Positions 30,649 through 42,206 of a stretch of DNA of 64,000 bases are shown here, piece by piece (the first letter of the stretch is position 1; each line of letters opens with the position of its first letter). The notes under the pieces are model-generated. The model did no database searches. It was not told where the DNA came from and saw nothing but the letters and a program-made list of their open reading frames with translations. Both the position numbers and the translations under genes were made by a program. The stretch is from the NCBI GenBank assembly GCA_902622825.1, contig CACNRH010000001.1, positions 12,765 to 76,764 of the forward strand, written 5' to 3'. Origin of the DNA: an uncultured Pelagibacteraceae bacterium (lineage in GTDB: Bacteria > Pseudomonadota > Alphaproteobacteria > Pelagibacterales > Pelagibacteraceae).

Positions 30649-31779
30649 ATGAAAAAACATAAAATATGCATTGTAGGAGGCGGTTTAACTGGTCTGATAT
30701 CAGCACTTGTTTTGAGTGAAAAAGGATTAGATATCGATCTAATAATTGAAAACTCAAAGTCTAAAAAAAAAGATTTAAGAGTAACAGCTATTTCTGAGAA
30801 TAATTTTGAATTTCTTAAGACGTCGATTAAAAATATTAATTTAAACTTATTTTTTCCAGTAAAAAAAATTAACCTCTTTTTTGAAAAGATAAATCAGCTG
30901 AAAAACTTTTTAAATTTTGACGAAAATAAAAGTTTAATTTTTTTTTTCGAAAATAGATTGATTAAAGAACACTTAACAAAATTATTAAAAAAAACAAAAA
31001 TAAAAATTAAAAAAAAAACAATAAAATCAGTTGATTTAGCTAAAAATCGAGTATTAACTGATACCACATGTAAAGTTTATGATTTAATAGTCTTATGCTT
31101 GGGATCAAATTCGTTAATTTATAAAAAAATAATTGGCAATAGAGAAATTAAAAAAGATTATAAAGAGCACTCAATAACATGTTCCGTATCACATCAGATT
31201 AAAGATATTGGAGCTCAACAGTATTTCTTAAAAGAAGGGCCTCTTGCCATCTTGCCTTACAAACATAATAAATTTTCATTAGTATGGAGTATGGAAGATA
31301 AATTTTTTATTAGAAATAAGAAAAAACTTTACACTTCTTTAAAAAATAAATTATCTGAAATACTTAAAACGAAAAGATTTGTTATAGGAAATACACAAAG
31401 TTATCCCTTGAAGCTGTCCCTGAAAAGAAATTATTATAAAAATAATGCAATAATCTTAGGAGATGGCTTGCATGCAGTTCACCCTTTAGCAGGACAGGGA
31501 TTTAATTTAGTCTTAAGAGATATTGAAAAATTGAATGAACTAGTTTCAAAAAATCTTAGATTGGGTTTAACTATAAAAGATTCTAATATTCCAAAAGATT
31601 TATCCGATAGCAGGAAACCAGAAAACTTACTAATGGGATTGGGTATAGACTCAACAAGAAAATTTTTTAAGAGCAATAAATATTTAGATCCAATAAAAGA
31701 AAATATTTTAAATAATTTTTCCAAATCAACGTTATTAAAAAAAATTACTAAAAGAGTTGCAAACCTAGGTTTAAGCTAA
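30649..31779 (+). CDS. UbiH/UbiL-family FAD-dependent hydroxylase
   Basis: IVGGGLTG, GPLAILP, GDGLHAVHPLAGQGFNL.LRD. Confidence 0.85.
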   Translation: MKKHKICIVGGGLTGLISALVLSEKGLDIDLIIENSKSKKKDLRVTAISENNFEFLKTSIKNINLNLFFPVKKINLFFEKINQLKNFLNFDENKSLIFFFENRLIKEHLTKLLKKTKIKIKKKTIKSVDLAKNRVLTDTTCKVYDLIVLCLGSNSLIYKKIIGNREIKKDYKEHSITCSVSHQIKDIGAQQYFLKEGPLAILPYKHNKFSLVWSMEDKFFIRNKKKLYTSLKNKLSEILKTKRFVIGNTQSYPLKLSLKRNYYKNNAIILGDGLHAVHPLAGQGFNLVLRDIEKLNELVSKNLRLGLTIKDSNIPKDLSDSRKPENLLMGLGIDSTRKFFKSNKYLDPIKENILNNFSKSTLLKKITKRVANLGLS

Positions 31780-33107
31780 TGAATATTTTTGCTTTGTCTT
31801 CTGGTAGAGGCCCATGCGGTATCGCTATAATTAGAATGTCAGGTCCTGATACCTTAAGCATTTGTAAACTCATTTCAAAACAAAAGAAGATCAAAGAAAA
31901 TGAGATAAACCTCTGCAAATTCTTTGATCCAAGTAATGATGCTATTATTGATCCAGAAGCTTTAATATTATGGTTTCCAAAGCCTAATAGTTTTACAGGT
32001 GACGACTTAGCTGAATTTCATGTTCATGGAAGTAATGCAATTATAAGCTATTTTCTTAAAGTATTATCTAGTCAAAAAAACTGCAGAATGGCCGAGCCCG
32101 GAGAGTTTACAAAAATTGCTTTTCAGAATAATAAAATTGATTTATTAAAAGCTGAAAGTATAGGCGATTTAATACATTCAGAAACAGAACTCCAAAGAAA
32201 ACAAGCAGTAAATTTAGTTAATGGTCACGCTTCGAAATATTATGATGATATAAGATCAAAATTAATAAAGTCACTTTCTTTTATTGAGGCTAAAATTGAT
32301 TTTGCTGAAGATGATCTTCCTGAAAATGTTTTAAAAGAAGCCCATAAATCAATTAAATCAATACACAGTGATATAAGTAAAATTATTAATGATAACAAAG
32401 TAGGTGAAAAAATCAGAGACGGATTTCGAGTATCAATTATTGGAGAAACAAATGTTGGGAAATCTTCGTTATTAAATTTATTATCTAAAAGAGATGCAGC
32501 TATAGTTTCTGATGAAGCTGGAACAACAAGAGATGTCATTGAGACCTATCTCAACCTAGATGGTTATCCAGTTATTCTTGCAGATACAGCCGGGATCAGA
32601 GAAGCAAAGAACGAGGTTGAAAAAAAAGGAATTTCATTAGCGTTAAGCAAATTTAAAGAAGCTGATTTAAATATCGTGGTAGTTGATAATTCAAATAAAA
32701 AAGTTAGTGATAAAATAAAATCTATGATTAATAAAGACTCGATAATTTTATTAAATAAATCTGATGTTCAAAATAAAGAAAATCATAAATTTGATGTAGA
32801 TACCATATTAGCTTCTGTAAAAGACAATCAGAATATTGATAAATTAATAAATTTAATCAAACAAAAGCTTAGTAAAAAATTTTCATCAAATAACAGTACT
32901 TTAATTACAAGAGAGAGACATAGAGTTAAGCTAAACGAGTGCTTGAAAGAGATAGACAAGTTTCTAAAGAAAGATCAACACAAAGACTTAGAATTAGCTG
33001 CTGAGGATCTGAGAATGGCCACAAGACATTTAGGAAGTATAGTCGGAAAAGTAGACGTTGAGGAGATTTTAGGGTCAATTTTCAAGGATTTTTGCATAGG
33101 CAAATAA
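31779..33107 (+). CDS. mnmE: tRNA modification GTPase MnmE
   Basis: IFALSSG, SFTGDD, GETNVGKS, GTTRD, DTAG, FCIGK. Confidence 0.97.
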   Translation: MNIFALSSGRGPCGIAIIRMSGPDTLSICKLISKQKKIKENEINLCKFFDPSNDAIIDPEALILWFPKPNSFTGDDLAEFHVHGSNAIISYFLKVLSSQKNCRMAEPGEFTKIAFQNNKIDLLKAESIGDLIHSETELQRKQAVNLVNGHASKYYDDIRSKLIKSLSFIEAKIDFAEDDLPENVLKEAHKSIKSIHSDISKIINDNKVGEKIRDGFRVSIIGETNVGKSSLLNLLSKRDAAIVSDEAGTTRDVIETYLNLDGYPVILADTAGIREAKNEVEKKGISLALSKFKEADLNIVVVDNSNKKVSDKIKSMINKDSIILLNKSDVQNKENHKFDVDTILASVKDNQNIDKLINLIKQKLSKKFSSNNSTLITRERHRVKLNECLKEIDKFLKKDQHKDLELAAEDLRMATRHLGSIVGKVDVEEILGSIFKDFCIGK

Positions 33108-33172
33108 TAATCAATTAATTTTGCGAAGTAATTAATTCTTGTAATCTAAATAATCAGCGTTACATTCTAATT

Positions 33173-35041
33173 ATGACTAAACAAAACTATGATGTAGTAG
33201 TTATAGGAGGTGGACACGCAGGATGTGAGGCTGCTGCTGCTTCCGCTAGAATGGGCGTCAATACTGCTCTTTTTACACATAAAATTGAGACCATTGGCGA
33301 GATGTCTTGTAATCCTGCTATTGGCGGACTGGGAAAAGGGCATCTGGTTCGCGAAATCGATGCACTTGATGGTGTAATGGGTACAGTCTCTGATATATCA
33401 GGTATTCAGTTTCGACTATTGAATAGAAGCAGAGGTCCAGCAGTTAGAGGACCACGAACTCAATCAGACAGAGCTCTTTATAAGAAGCATATGCAAAAAA
33501 TCTTACTAAACTACAAAAACTTAACTGTAATAGCCGACCCCGTAGTTAAGTTCTTGTTTAATGATAACCAAGTTATAGGATTTATATGTCAAAGTGGTAA
33601 GGAGATAACGTGTAAGGAGCTTATCTTGACGACTGGAACTTTTTTAAATGGGTTAATACACATCGGTGAGTCACAAATTCCTGCGGGTAGATACGATGAA
33701 AAACCATCTACAGGTTTAAGTGAACAACTAATTAAATTTAAAATGAAATTAGGCAGACTGAAAACAGGTACACCTCCAAGACTTGATGGTTCTACTATTA
33801 ATTATGACGATTTAGAAATGCAGCCAGCTGATGATAATCCATACTTCTTTTCTTTTTTAACAACTAAACTTGAAAACAAACAGATTTCATGTGGCATGAC
33901 ACATACCAATGACGAAGTTCACAAAATTATTAGTGATAATATTAATAGGAGCGCAATGTACTCTGGCAATATTAAAGGTATTGGACCAAGATATTGTCCT
34001 TCCATAGAAGATAAAATTGTAAAGTTTAAAGAGAAACAAAAACATCAAATTTTCCTAGAACCGGAGGGATTAAAGGACAATACTGTTTACCCAAATGGCA
34101 TTTCCACCTCTCTTCCTGAAGAGATACAGCTTAAAATATTAAGTAAAATCAAGGGTTTAGAGAGTGTTAAAATGAAGAGAGCAGGGTATGCTATAGAATA
34201 TGATTATGTTGACCCAAGGGAGCTAAATCCGACATTAGAGACAAAAAAAATTAAATCGTTATTTCTAGCAGGTCAAATTAACGGAACTACTGGGTACGAG
34301 GAGGCTGCTGCTCAGGGATTAATTGCTGGTATTAATGCTGCGTTAAAAATTTTAAAAAAAGAGGAATTTATTTTAGATAGATCTGAGTCTTATATTGGAG
34401 TAATGATTGATGATCTAATTACTAAAGGAGTTTCTGAACCGTATCGAATGTTTACTTCAAGAGCTGAATACAGATTGTCATTAAGAGCTGATAATGCAGA
34501 TCAAAGGTTAACTCCATCTGGTATTAAAATTAATTGCGTAGGAATAAACAGATCTAAAATATTTTTGAATAAACAAAAAAAATTAGTTCAGATACTAGAT
34601 TACCTTAAATCAAATTTAATTTCTCCTAATGAAGCAAGTAAATATGAAATAAAAATTGCTCAAGATGGTGTTAAGAGATCTGGTATCGAACTAATGGCAC
34701 AGCGAAATTTAAATATGGCAAAAATAAGGCAGATCTGGAAGTCATTACCAGATCACGGATTTGATATTGACGAACAAATTGAAATTGATTCACATTATTC
34801 TGGTTATCTAAAAAGACAGTCTCATGACATTGCTGCCTTTAAAAAGGATGAAAGTCTTCTGATACCAAATAATATTGATTATAATAATTTTAGCGGTCTC
34901 TCTAACGAAATTAAGAGTAAACTGTCTCAAATCAAACCAAGAACTCTAGGACAAGCCTTGCGAATTGATGGCGTTACTCCAGCTGCTGCAATTATTCTCC
35001 TAGGTTATCTAAAAAAACCAAAAAAAAGAGCTAGAGTTTGA
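33173..35041 (+). CDS. mnmG: tRNA U34 modification enzyme MnmG (GidA)
   Basis: [42 protein letters not shown]. Confidence 0.98.
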   Translation: MTKQNYDVVVIGGGHAGCEAAAASARMGVNTALFTHKIETIGEMSCNPAIGGLGKGHLVREIDALDGVMGTVSDISGIQFRLLNRSRGPAVRGPRTQSDRALYKKHMQKILLNYKNLTVIADPVVKFLFNDNQVIGFICQSGKEITCKELILTTGTFLNGLIHIGESQIPAGRYDEKPSTGLSEQLIKFKMKLGRLKTGTPPRLDGSTINYDDLEMQPADDNPYFFSFLTTKLENKQISCGMTHTNDEVHKIISDNINRSAMYSGNIKGIGPRYCPSIEDKIVKFKEKQKHQIFLEPEGLKDNTVYPNGISTSLPEEIQLKILSKIKGLESVKMKRAGYAIEYDYVDPRELNPTLETKKIKSLFLAGQINGTTGYEEAAAQGLIAGINAALKILKKEEFILDRSESYIGVMIDDLITKGVSEPYRMFTSRAEYRLSLRADNADQRLTPSGIKINCVGINRSKIFLNKQKKLVQILDYLKSNLISPNEASKYEIKIAQDGVKRSGIELMAQRNLNMAKIRQIWKSLPDHGFDIDEQIEIDSHYSGYLKRQSHDIAAFKKDESLLIPNNIDYNNFSGLSNEIKSKLSQIKPRTLGQALRIDGVTPAAAIILLGYLKKPKKRARV

Positions 35042-35655
35042 TACCCAGCCCTAAAGCTGTAAATATACTTAAATCTGAACTTAAATATAATGATGATGAT
35101 CTCAAAAAGATCAAAAAATTCATCAAATATTTGCTTTTGATCAATAAAAAGTACAATCTTATTAGCCGAAGTTCTGAAAGTGATATATGGACAAGACATA
35201 TATTAGATTCTGCCCAATTAGTTAAGTTTATTGATTTTGATGACGACTTTTCACTGTCAGATCTCGGATCTGGCGGTGGTTTTCCTGGTATCATTCTCTC
35301 TATCTTTAATAAAAATCCTAGATTTCACGTGAAATTGTACGAAAAATCACCAATAAAGGCGAAATTTTTAGAAGATGCTATCAAATTAGTTGGAACAAAT
35401 GCAAAAGTAATAAAAGGTGACATTTTTCGTCAATCTATAGACTCTGGGTATATTGTGTGTCGTGCTTTTAAAAAAATTGACAAATTAATACAAGTTTCAC
35501 GTGAAATTTGTAAAAAACCACATAAATTTATCATTCTAAAAGGAAAGAGTGCACAAGACGAGCTAGAAAAGGCTATGAAGAACAAAAATTTTAAGTATAG
35601 TTTAGAAAAAAGTATTACAAGCAAAGATTCTAAAATTGTGATTTGGAATAGGTAA
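35038..35655 (+). CDS. rsmG: 16S rRNA m7G527 methyltransferase (GidB)
   Basis: [25 protein letters not shown]. Confidence 0.93.
   Translation: MIPSPKAVNILKSELKYNDDDLKKIKKFIKYLLLINKKYNLISRSSESDIWTRHILDSAQLVKFIDFDDDFSLSDLGSGGGFPGIILSIFNKNPRFHVKLYEKSPIKAKFLEDAIKLVGTNAKVIKGDIFRQSIDSGYIVCRAFKKIDKLIQVSREICKKPHKFIILKGKSAQDELEKAMKNKNFKYSLEKSITSKDSKIVIWNR
35321..35336. promoter_or_regulatory. parS site 1 (inside rsmG)
   Basis: GATTTCACGTGAAATT versus consensus TGTTTCACGTGAAACA; 14-bp palindromic core. Confidence 0.85.
35493..35508. promoter_or_regulatory. parS site 2 (inside rsmG)
   Basis: AGTTTCACGTGAAATT; same 12-bp core TTTCACGTGAAA; about 150 bp upstream of parA. Confidence 0.85.
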
Positions 35656-35662
35656 AAAAAAA

Positions 35663-36451
35663 GTGGAACCAAATATAATAGCAGTGATAAATCAAAAGGG
35701 CGGTGTAGGAAAAACAACCTCTGTTATAAACCTGGCTAGTGCACTGTCCATTTTGGGTCAAAATAATTTAATTATTGATCTAGACCCACAAGGTAATGCA
35801 ACTACTGGAGTTGGTATATCAAATAATGATGAGGAAAAAAATATTTACAAACTCTTAATAAAAAAAATTGATTTAGAAAATGTTATTCAAAAAACACGTA
35901 TCGAAAATTTAGATATAGTTAGTTCACACGTTGACCTATCAGGCCTTGAAGTCGAGACGGCCAATGATAATAATCGAGCTTTCATATTAAAAGAGATATT
36001 AAAAAATAGCACCACTAAAAAGTATGATAATGTTTTTATAGATTGCCCTCCTTCTCTTAGCCTATTAACCATTATGGCATTGGTTTCTTCCAAAGAATTA
36101 TTAGTTCCGCTTCAAACTGAATTTTTTGCCTTAGAAGGGATTACCCAACTTGTTAAAACCATTGATCGTATAAAAAAAAATTTAAATCCAACACTAAGTA
36201 TTCGTGGGATTGTTCTAACAATGTTTGATAAGCGAAACAAGTTATGCTCACAAGTTGATTTTGAAGCCAGAAATTACTTTAAGGAAAAGGTTTACAATAC
36301 TGTAATTCCAAGAAATGTCAGATTATCAGAGGCACCATCTCATGGGGAACCATGCGTGGTATATGATAAAAATTGTTCAGGTAGTAAATCTTATTTTGAA
36401 CTAGCGAAAGAATTTCAATCTCAAAATAATAAAATTGGGAGTGCGGCATGA
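35663..36451 (+). CDS. parA: chromosome partitioning ATPase ParA
   Basis: NQKGGVGKTT, DLDPQGNAT, IDCPPSL, IPRNVRLSEAPSHG. Confidence 0.97.
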   Translation: MEPNIIAVINQKGGVGKTTSVINLASALSILGQNNLIIDLDPQGNATTGVGISNNDEEKNIYKLLIKKIDLENVIQKTRIENLDIVSSHVDLSGLEVETANDNNRAFILKEILKNSTTKKYDNVFIDCPPSLSLLTIMALVSSKELLVPLQTEFFALEGITQLVKTIDRIKKNLNPTLSIRGIVLTMFDKRNKLCSQVDFEARNYFKEKVYNTVIPRNVRLSEAPSHGEPCVVYDKNCSGSKSYFELAKEFQSQNNKIGSAA

Positions 36452-37290
36452 ATAAATCAAAAAAAGGTTTAGGTAGAGGCCTTTCAGCGCTGTTTGGAGA
36501 TCAAAATAACAACGAAAAAACCCATAAAAATCAAGCTATTTTAAGGGTGCCATTAGATAATATCAAAAGAAATGAATTTCAGCCAAGGATAAATTTTGAT
36601 GAAACTAAGCTTAATGAGCTTGCTTCTTCAATTAAACAAAATGGAATTATACAACCTATTGCGGTCAGGCAAATAAAGGGCTCGTCGGAGCCTTATCAAA
36701 TTGTTGCTGGGGAGAGAAGGTGGCTTGCGGCCCAAAAAGCTGGCCTTCATGAGATACCTGTTACTATACTACAGCTCGACGACAACGAAGTCTTAGAAGT
36801 AGCCATAGTTGAAAATATTCAAAGAGAGGATTTAAATATAGTAGAGGAGGCTAAAGGGTATAAACGTCTTAATGAAGAATTTGGTTATGATCACGACAAG
36901 ATTGCTAATATGATGTCAAAGAGCAGAAGTCACGTTAGCAATACCTTACGTCTTTTAAATTTGCCCAAAGATATTATTTCTATGCTGCAAGATGGTGAAC
37001 TAACAGCTGGCCAAGCTAGACCTTTAGTTGGTCTTCCTAACGCATCACAAATCGCCGAAGAAATAGTTTCTAAAAAAATGTCAGCTCGCTCAATTGAGTC
37101 TATAAAAAAAAGACAGTCCAAATCTTTTACTATAGATCCTAATATTTTTGATGTTCAAAGAGAGATAGAAAGGTCTTTAGGGCTAAAGGTTAATATCGTT
37201 AATAAAAAAAACAATTCTGGTAAAATAAGCATAGAATATAAAAATTTAGAGCAGTTTGAGTCAGTTTCTGAAAAGCTCAAGCGACGCTAG
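36448..37290 (+). CDS. parB: chromosome partitioning protein ParB
   Basis: GLGRGL.AL, QPR..F, AGERRW.A, ENIQREDL, KSRSHVSN.LRLL. Confidence 0.97.
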   Translation: MNKSKKGLGRGLSALFGDQNNNEKTHKNQAILRVPLDNIKRNEFQPRINFDETKLNELASSIKQNGIIQPIAVRQIKGSSEPYQIVAGERRWLAAQKAGLHEIPVTILQLDDNEVLEVAIVENIQREDLNIVEEAKGYKRLNEEFGYDHDKIANMMSKSRSHVSNTLRLLNLPKDIISMLQDGELTAGQARPLVGLPNASQIAEEIVSKKMSARSIESIKKRQSKSFTIDPNIFDVQREIERSLGLKVNIVNKKNNSGKISIEYKNLEQFESVSEKLKRR

Positions 37291-38275
37291 AAGCTTTATT
37301 GCATATATCTATTAAAAGTTTTTTTGTTATTTCACTACCTCTTATATCGGTAGAACTTTTAATTAAAATTTCGGCATTAGTTAACTCATCAATTGTTGTT
37401 TTTATATTTTTTATTTGCCACTTATTAACTTGACCTAAAATTGTTGGTTTATCTTTCCAAAATATCTTAGGATTTAGGCTTTCTATAGACTGTGTCAGAT
37501 TTTTCTTAGTTTTATTGATTTCAAGTACTTCTGCCAACTTTACGAATTGATTTAGAAGACCCCTAATATAAATCATGTTATCTTGTTCATTAATTTGTGT
37601 TTTAGAGATCAACTCATTTAATAGTTTTTTATCTCCTAGAATAGCTGTATCCCTTAATTTTTGAGAATTATCGTTTTCATCCAAATTAAGCAGTTGTCTT
37701 AATTCTAAAATGTTAATTTGTTTCTCTATGAAGTAAACTACTATTTTGTTTAATTCATTTTTGATTTTATCTCTGCTCTTATTAGAATTATCTATTATGA
37801 AATTAATAATTTCTTGATTAAGACCTTTTATATTTTTAAGATAACTTTTTATATAATTGCGCAATGTTATTTCATTATCTTCGTAGCAAGGAATTATTCC
37901 TAATGATTTTTCTTTTTCAAAAAGATTTCTTAACTTTGATTTTTTTTCAAGTGTTCCTGAAAATAAACAAATTTTACAATTATCTTGAATAACATTTTTT
38001 TCTATAAGGCTGAAAGATTTATCAGTTATATTATCAATAATTATTATTTTTTTGTTATTAAATAGTGAGAGGTTCATAATCTCTTTATCTAATAAAAAGT
38101 TATTTTTTAATATATCATCTTGATTTAATTTTATTATTTCTCTGTCTATACTTCTTTCAATTATTTTTCTTTTAAGGTCATCTTTTAATCCTGTATTTTC
38201 TCCATATAGTAAAATAATATTCTTATCTTCTAGTAAAGATATGTCATTTTCAATTATGTAGCTTTTAAATATCAT
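37277..38275 (-). CDS. holA: DNA polymerase III delta subunit
   Basis: LLYGEN.G, L.KKSKLR..FE, I.CY, P.IFWK.K; leuS-lptE-holA order. Confidence 0.85.
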   Translation of the reverse strand: MIFKSYIIENDISLLEDKNIILLYGENTGLKDDLKRKIIERSIDREIIKLNQDDILKNNFLLDKEIMNLSLFNNKKIIIIDNITDKSFSLIEKNVIQDNCKICLFSGTLEKKSKLRNLFEKEKSLGIIPCYEDNEITLRNYIKSYLKNIKGLNQEIINFIIDNSNKSRDKIKNELNKIVVYFIEKQINILELRQLLNLDENDNSQKLRDTAILGDKKLLNELISKTQINEQDNMIYIRGLLNQFVKLAEVLEINKTKKNLTQSIESLNPKIFWKDKPTILGQVNKWQIKNIKTTIDELTNAEILIKSSTDIRGSEITKKLLIDICNKASSVA

Positions 38276-38732
38276 TATTAAATTTCAATTTAAGATAGTT
38301 TATAAGTTCATCAGCAATATTCTTAGCAAGTTCATTCTCAAGATTTTTTTGAGCTCTAATTGTATTCGAGTAATCAGATGATACATCATAAAAATCTATT
38401 GTCACAAGTTTCTTTTCAAGTATTTCAGACGAAGTTTTTATTGAGATATTGGCTATGAGTTTAATATCGTATTTAGTAATTTTGTTAGTTGAATCTTTTT
38501 CTCGCGTTGTTTTGTATTTTTCAAGATTAATATTTAAAAACAATGTGTTTTTAGAATCTTTGCTTGACGAGAGCTTTAGTTTATTTTGTATTACTAAACC
38601 AAGTTGCTTGTTTCCACTCAGTTTTATATCGCCAATTGAATAAAACTTTAAATTTGGGTCATTAATCTTTTTAAAACCACAGCCACTAACAAGCACAAAT
38701 ACAAAAACTATTGTTAATATTTTTTTCATCAT
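38265..38732 (-). CDS. lptE: LPS assembly lipoprotein LptE-like
   Basis: Lipobox VSGC-GF; position between leuS and holA. Confidence 0.72.
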   Translation of the reverse strand: MMKKILTIVFVFVLVSGCGFKKINDPNLKFYSIGDIKLSGNKQLGLVIQNKLKLSSSKDSKNTLFLNINLEKYKTTREKDSTNKITKYDIKLIANISIKTSSEILEKKLVTIDFYDVSSDYSNTIRAQKNLENELAKNIADELINYLKLKFNNDI

Positions 38733-41251
38733 TAGTATGTGAGTATATTTATTATCTTATCTTTAATAAAAATACTTTTTCTTATTTTCTTATCGTTTAA
38801 ATATTTTTTTAATTTGTCATCCATTTTGACAAGCTCAATTAATCGATCTTCTTTAATACCCTTCTCAAGTTCTTTAATCGATCTTGTTTTACCGTCTATT
38901 TGAACAACTAATTTAATTTTTTGATTTTCTAGTATTTTAACGTCTGGTTTGGGCCATTCTTCTCTTTTCTTACACTTCAAAACATCTAAGCACTCATTAG
39001 CAAGAAATGGAACGATAGGTATTAACATTTTTATGAAAATTGAAAATTTTTCTTTTAAAAGCGAATTTGAAATATTTTTTTCGAAACTGTTATAAAAAAG
39101 CCTGTGCGCTTCGTAACTGTTAGCTATAACAACATTTAACTGAAAATTTTCAATATGATTTGTTATCTGTTTAATGAAAACTTCAAAATTTATGATGAAT
39201 TGATTTTCTTCCTCAGGATTATTTTTCCTTTCTTTTCTTTCGCAAATTCTCTGGTTTAAATCCCACAATTTTTGTAAAAATTTGTAAGATGCATTAATTC
39301 CTTGATCAGACCATTGAATGTCTTTATCTGGTGGACTATCAGACAATACAAACCATCGGACAGCATCCGCACCATATCTCTTAATCATTTTTTCTGGATC
39401 AACAGTATTTTTCTTTGATTTTGACATTGACTCAGAGGGTCCGATAATTACTTTCTCGCCAGTTTTTTTTGACACAACATTTGATGACTGGTCATGCTCA
39501 ACGTCCTCTGGGCTAAGCCATTTACCGTTTGTGTCTTTATAAGTTTCATGACAGACCATGCCCTGAGTGAATAGACCTTTGAAAGGTTCTTTACATTTGA
39601 TGTCATTATTTACAAGATTTATAGACTTCATAAAAAATCTTGAGTACAGAAGGTGGAGGATAGCATGCTCAACTCCCCCAATGTATTGATCAACTGGCAT
39701 CCAATGATTAATTTTTTCTTTGTCAAATGGTCCTTGCTTAAAATCAGGTGAGCAAAATCTTAAAAAATACCAAGAGGAGTCAACAAAAGTATCCAATGTA
39801 TCTGTTTCTCGAATTGCTGGTTTTCCAGTTGATTTTTGGGTAGTTTTTTTCCATGACGGGTGATTGTCAAGAGGATTTCCCGATTTTGACAAGTCTACGT
39901 CGTCGGGCAGTTTTATTGGGAGCTCGTTCTTTTCGACAGGTACAATTTCACCATTTTCTAAATGTATCATTGGTATCGGACAACCCCAATATCTCTGTCT
40001 AGATATTCCCCAATCTTTTAACCTAAAAGAAATTTTTCTATTTCCTATTTTTAACTTTTCTATTTCTGAAATAATTTTATTTTTTGCTTCACTTGTTTTT
40101 AAACCATTTAGAAATTCAGAATTAATAGCAACACCTTCGTCAGTAAATGCCTCATCTGCAATTTTAAAATCTTTAGATTTGGGGGAAACTACTGTAATAA
40201 CCTCAATCTTATATTTTTTAGCAAACTCTAAATCTCTCGTATCATGTGCAGGGCAACCAAATATAGCTCCCGTTCCGTAGTCCATTAAGATAAAATTTGA
40301 AACATAAACCGGAATTTTTTTTTGTTTTATAAATGGATGATTAGCCTCGATGGAGGTTTTATAACCAAGTTTGTCTGCGTTTGCGATAGACTCCTCTGTT
40401 GTTCCAATTTTTGAACATTCATCTTTAAATTTTAAAAAATTCTTATCTCCTTTTAAATTTTCACAAATTGGATGGTCAGGAGATATTGCAAGAAAGGTTG
40501 CACCAAATATTGTATCTGGCCTAGTTGTAAAAATTTTTATTTTTTTATCAATATTTGTTTTAAAATCAATTTCACATCCTACTGATTTTCCTATCCAATT
40601 TTTTTGCATCAATTTCACTTTGTCAGGCCAATTATTAAGACTTTCTAGACCCTTGAGAAGTTCTTCTGAAAAAATTGAAATGTTGAAAAACCACTGAAAC
40701 AATTTTTTTCTTTGCACCGTAGCGCCTGATCGCCAACCTTTACCATTTACAACTTGCTCATTTGCTAATACAGAATTTTCAATAGGATCCCAATTAACAT
40801 ATTTTTCTTTACGAGTTACAAGTCCCTTTTTGTAAAAGTCAATAAATAGCTCTTGTTGATGTTTATAATAATCCTCATCACAAGTGGATATTTCTAAAGT
40901 CCAATCTATTGATAGTCCCATCATTTGTAATTGCCGTTTCATTTCAGCAATATTAGAGTTAGTCCAATCTTTTGGATGAAGTTTGTTTTCTTTAGCTGCG
41001 TTCTCTGCTGGAAGCCCAAATGAGTCCCATCCCATTGGATGTAAAACTGAAAATCCATTCATATATTTATATCGTGCAATAACGTCACCTATGGTGTAGT
41101 TTCTAACATGGCCCATGTGTATTTTTCCAGACGGATATGGAAACATTTCTAAACAATAAAACTTTTTGGCGGGTTTTGGTCTGTATAATTTTTGATTTTT
41201 AAAAATCTGACTCCATTTTTTTTCAACAGATAAAAAATTGAATCTTTCCAT
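38732..41251 (-). CDS. leuS: leucine--tRNA ligase
   Basis: [46 protein letters not shown]. Confidence 0.98.
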   Translation of the reverse strand: MERFNFLSVEKKWSQIFKNQKLYRPKPAKKFYCLEMFPYPSGKIHMGHVRNYTIGDVIARYKYMNGFSVLHPMGWDSFGLPAENAAKENKLHPKDWTNSNIAEMKRQLQMMGLSIDWTLEISTCDEDYYKHQQELFIDFYKKGLVTRKEKYVNWDPIENSVLANEQVVNGKGWRSGATVQRKKLFQWFFNISIFSEELLKGLESLNNWPDKVKLMQKNWIGKSVGCEIDFKTNIDKKIKIFTTRPDTIFGATFLAISPDHPICENLKGDKNFLKFKDECSKIGTTEESIANADKLGYKTSIEANHPFIKQKKIPVYVSNFILMDYGTGAIFGCPAHDTRDLEFAKKYKIEVITVVSPKSKDFKIADEAFTDEGVAINSEFLNGLKTSEAKNKIISEIEKLKIGNRKISFRLKDWGISRQRYWGCPIPMIHLENGEIVPVEKNELPIKLPDDVDLSKSGNPLDNHPSWKKTTQKSTGKPAIRETDTLDTFVDSSWYFLRFCSPDFKQGPFDKEKINHWMPVDQYIGGVEHAILHLLYSRFFMKSINLVNNDIKCKEPFKGLFTQGMVCHETYKDTNGKWLSPEDVEHDQSSNVVSKKTGEKVIIGPSESMSKSKKNTVDPEKMIKRYGADAVRWFVLSDSPPDKDIQWSDQGINASYKFLQKLWDLNQRICERKERKNNPEEENQFIINFEVFIKQITNHIENFQLNVVIANSYEAHRLFYNSFEKNISNSLLKEKFSIFIKMLIPIVPFLANECLDVLKCKKREEWPKPDVKILENQKIKLVVQIDGKTRSIKELEKGIKEDRLIELVKMDDKLKKYLNDKKIRKSIFIKDKIINILTY

Positions 41252-41258
41252 TTAATTA

Positions 41259-41777
41259 CTAATTTTTTTTAGTTTTTGTCTCTTTTTCAAATTTAGCAGC
41301 CAATTTAAGAATTGAAGTTACTAGCTCTTCTTCAATTTTGGAGTCTATTTTGTTTGTCGCACAATTTTGATTATTGTCACAAGTTTTTTTATGCACTATT
41401 ACTTTTATACTATTCGTTCTTACTTCATTAGATAAAAATCTTACAGTTACTTTGATCGCATCATTGCCTGCATTATCATTATACCAATCTGTAATAATAA
41501 CTCCCCCAGAGTAATCTACTGTCGTTAATGGAATAAAATCTAAAACCTCAAGTGATGCTCTCCACATAGGATTGGATGAACTAAATTGATAAGTAGTTTT
41601 TTTATTACCCAAATTTCCTAAGGATACTCCTCTTCCTTCTTCAATATTTTTTCTTGCTCTCTCTCTTGCATCAGTTGGAACTTTTCGTGTATCAACCCAT
41701 TTAGGTTTTAATGCTTTGCAAGAGTTAAGAGCCAGAATGGCTATGATAGTTAATGCTAAAAGTTTATAAAATTTCAT
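41259..41777 (-). CDS. DUF3576-like lipoprotein
   Basis: Lipobox LNSC; NP.WRASL.VL.F.PL...D..GGVIITDWY. Confidence 0.8.
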   Translation of the reverse strand: MKFYKLLALTIIAILALNSCKALKPKWVDTRKVPTDARERARKNIEEGRGVSLGNLGNKKTTYQFSSSNPMWRASLEVLDFIPLTTVDYSGGVIITDWYNDNAGNDAIKVTVRFLSNEVRTNSIKVIVHKKTCDNNQNCATNKIDSKIEEELVTSILKLAAKFEKETKTKKN

Positions 41778-41870
41778 TAGATTTTTTAAGTTAAGTTAAC
41801 TTATAACCAAAAAATAGCATAATTTGATAAGAATTGTTAAATTATCAGCTAAAAACACAGTTTTTTGGTG

Positions 41871-41888
41871 TGTTGCATATTTACCACA
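41871..41888. promoter_or_regulatory. imperfect inverted repeat TGTTGC-N6-ACCACA, candidate regulator site upstream of porin 1
   Basis: 12 of 18 positions match the reverse complement; lies in the DUF3576/porin intergenic region. Confidence 0.4.
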
Positions 41889-41957
41889 ATAGTTAATAAA
41901 AATCCACGTTTCTGGGAAAAACTGATACTAAAGCCTTTGTTTAAGCTAAAAATACGC

Positions 41958-41975
41958 TGTTTTTATATAAAAACA
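41958..41975. promoter_or_regulatory. perfect 18-bp palindrome TGTTTTTATATAAAAACA
   Basis: Ends 6 nt before the AAGGA SD of porin 1. Confidence 0.5.
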
Positions 41976-41981
41976 CAACAA

Positions 41982-42206
41982 AAGGAAAATACAATGAAAA
42001 CATTAAGAAAAATATTGTTATCAACTGTGTTGACTGTATTTGCATTCGTACCAGCTAACGCTGGCGAAATGACTCTTTCTGGTAGTATGGAAATTTCAGC
42101 TACTACAGGTTTATCAGGATCAAATTCTGGTGGTAGACTTGGACAAGAGAACGAGTTAAGCGTAACAGGTTCAACTGAGTTAGACGATGGAACAACTGTT
42201 TCATAC
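41982..42206 (+). repeat. near-identical direct repeat, copy 1 (SD plus first 71 codons of porin 1)
   Basis: 6 mismatches in 213 coding nt versus 43105-43317 (manual comparison). Confidence 0.92.

Noticed and set aside
30985-31020. Poly-A runs (up to A10) in the UbiH/L gene and elsewhere as phase-variation tracts
   Set aside because: Frames are intact; runs are explained by Lys codons in an AT-rich genome
41865-41993. Track's longer N-terminus for porin 1 (and 43048 for porin 2)
   Set aside because: SD plus signal peptide identify 41994 and 43105 as the starts
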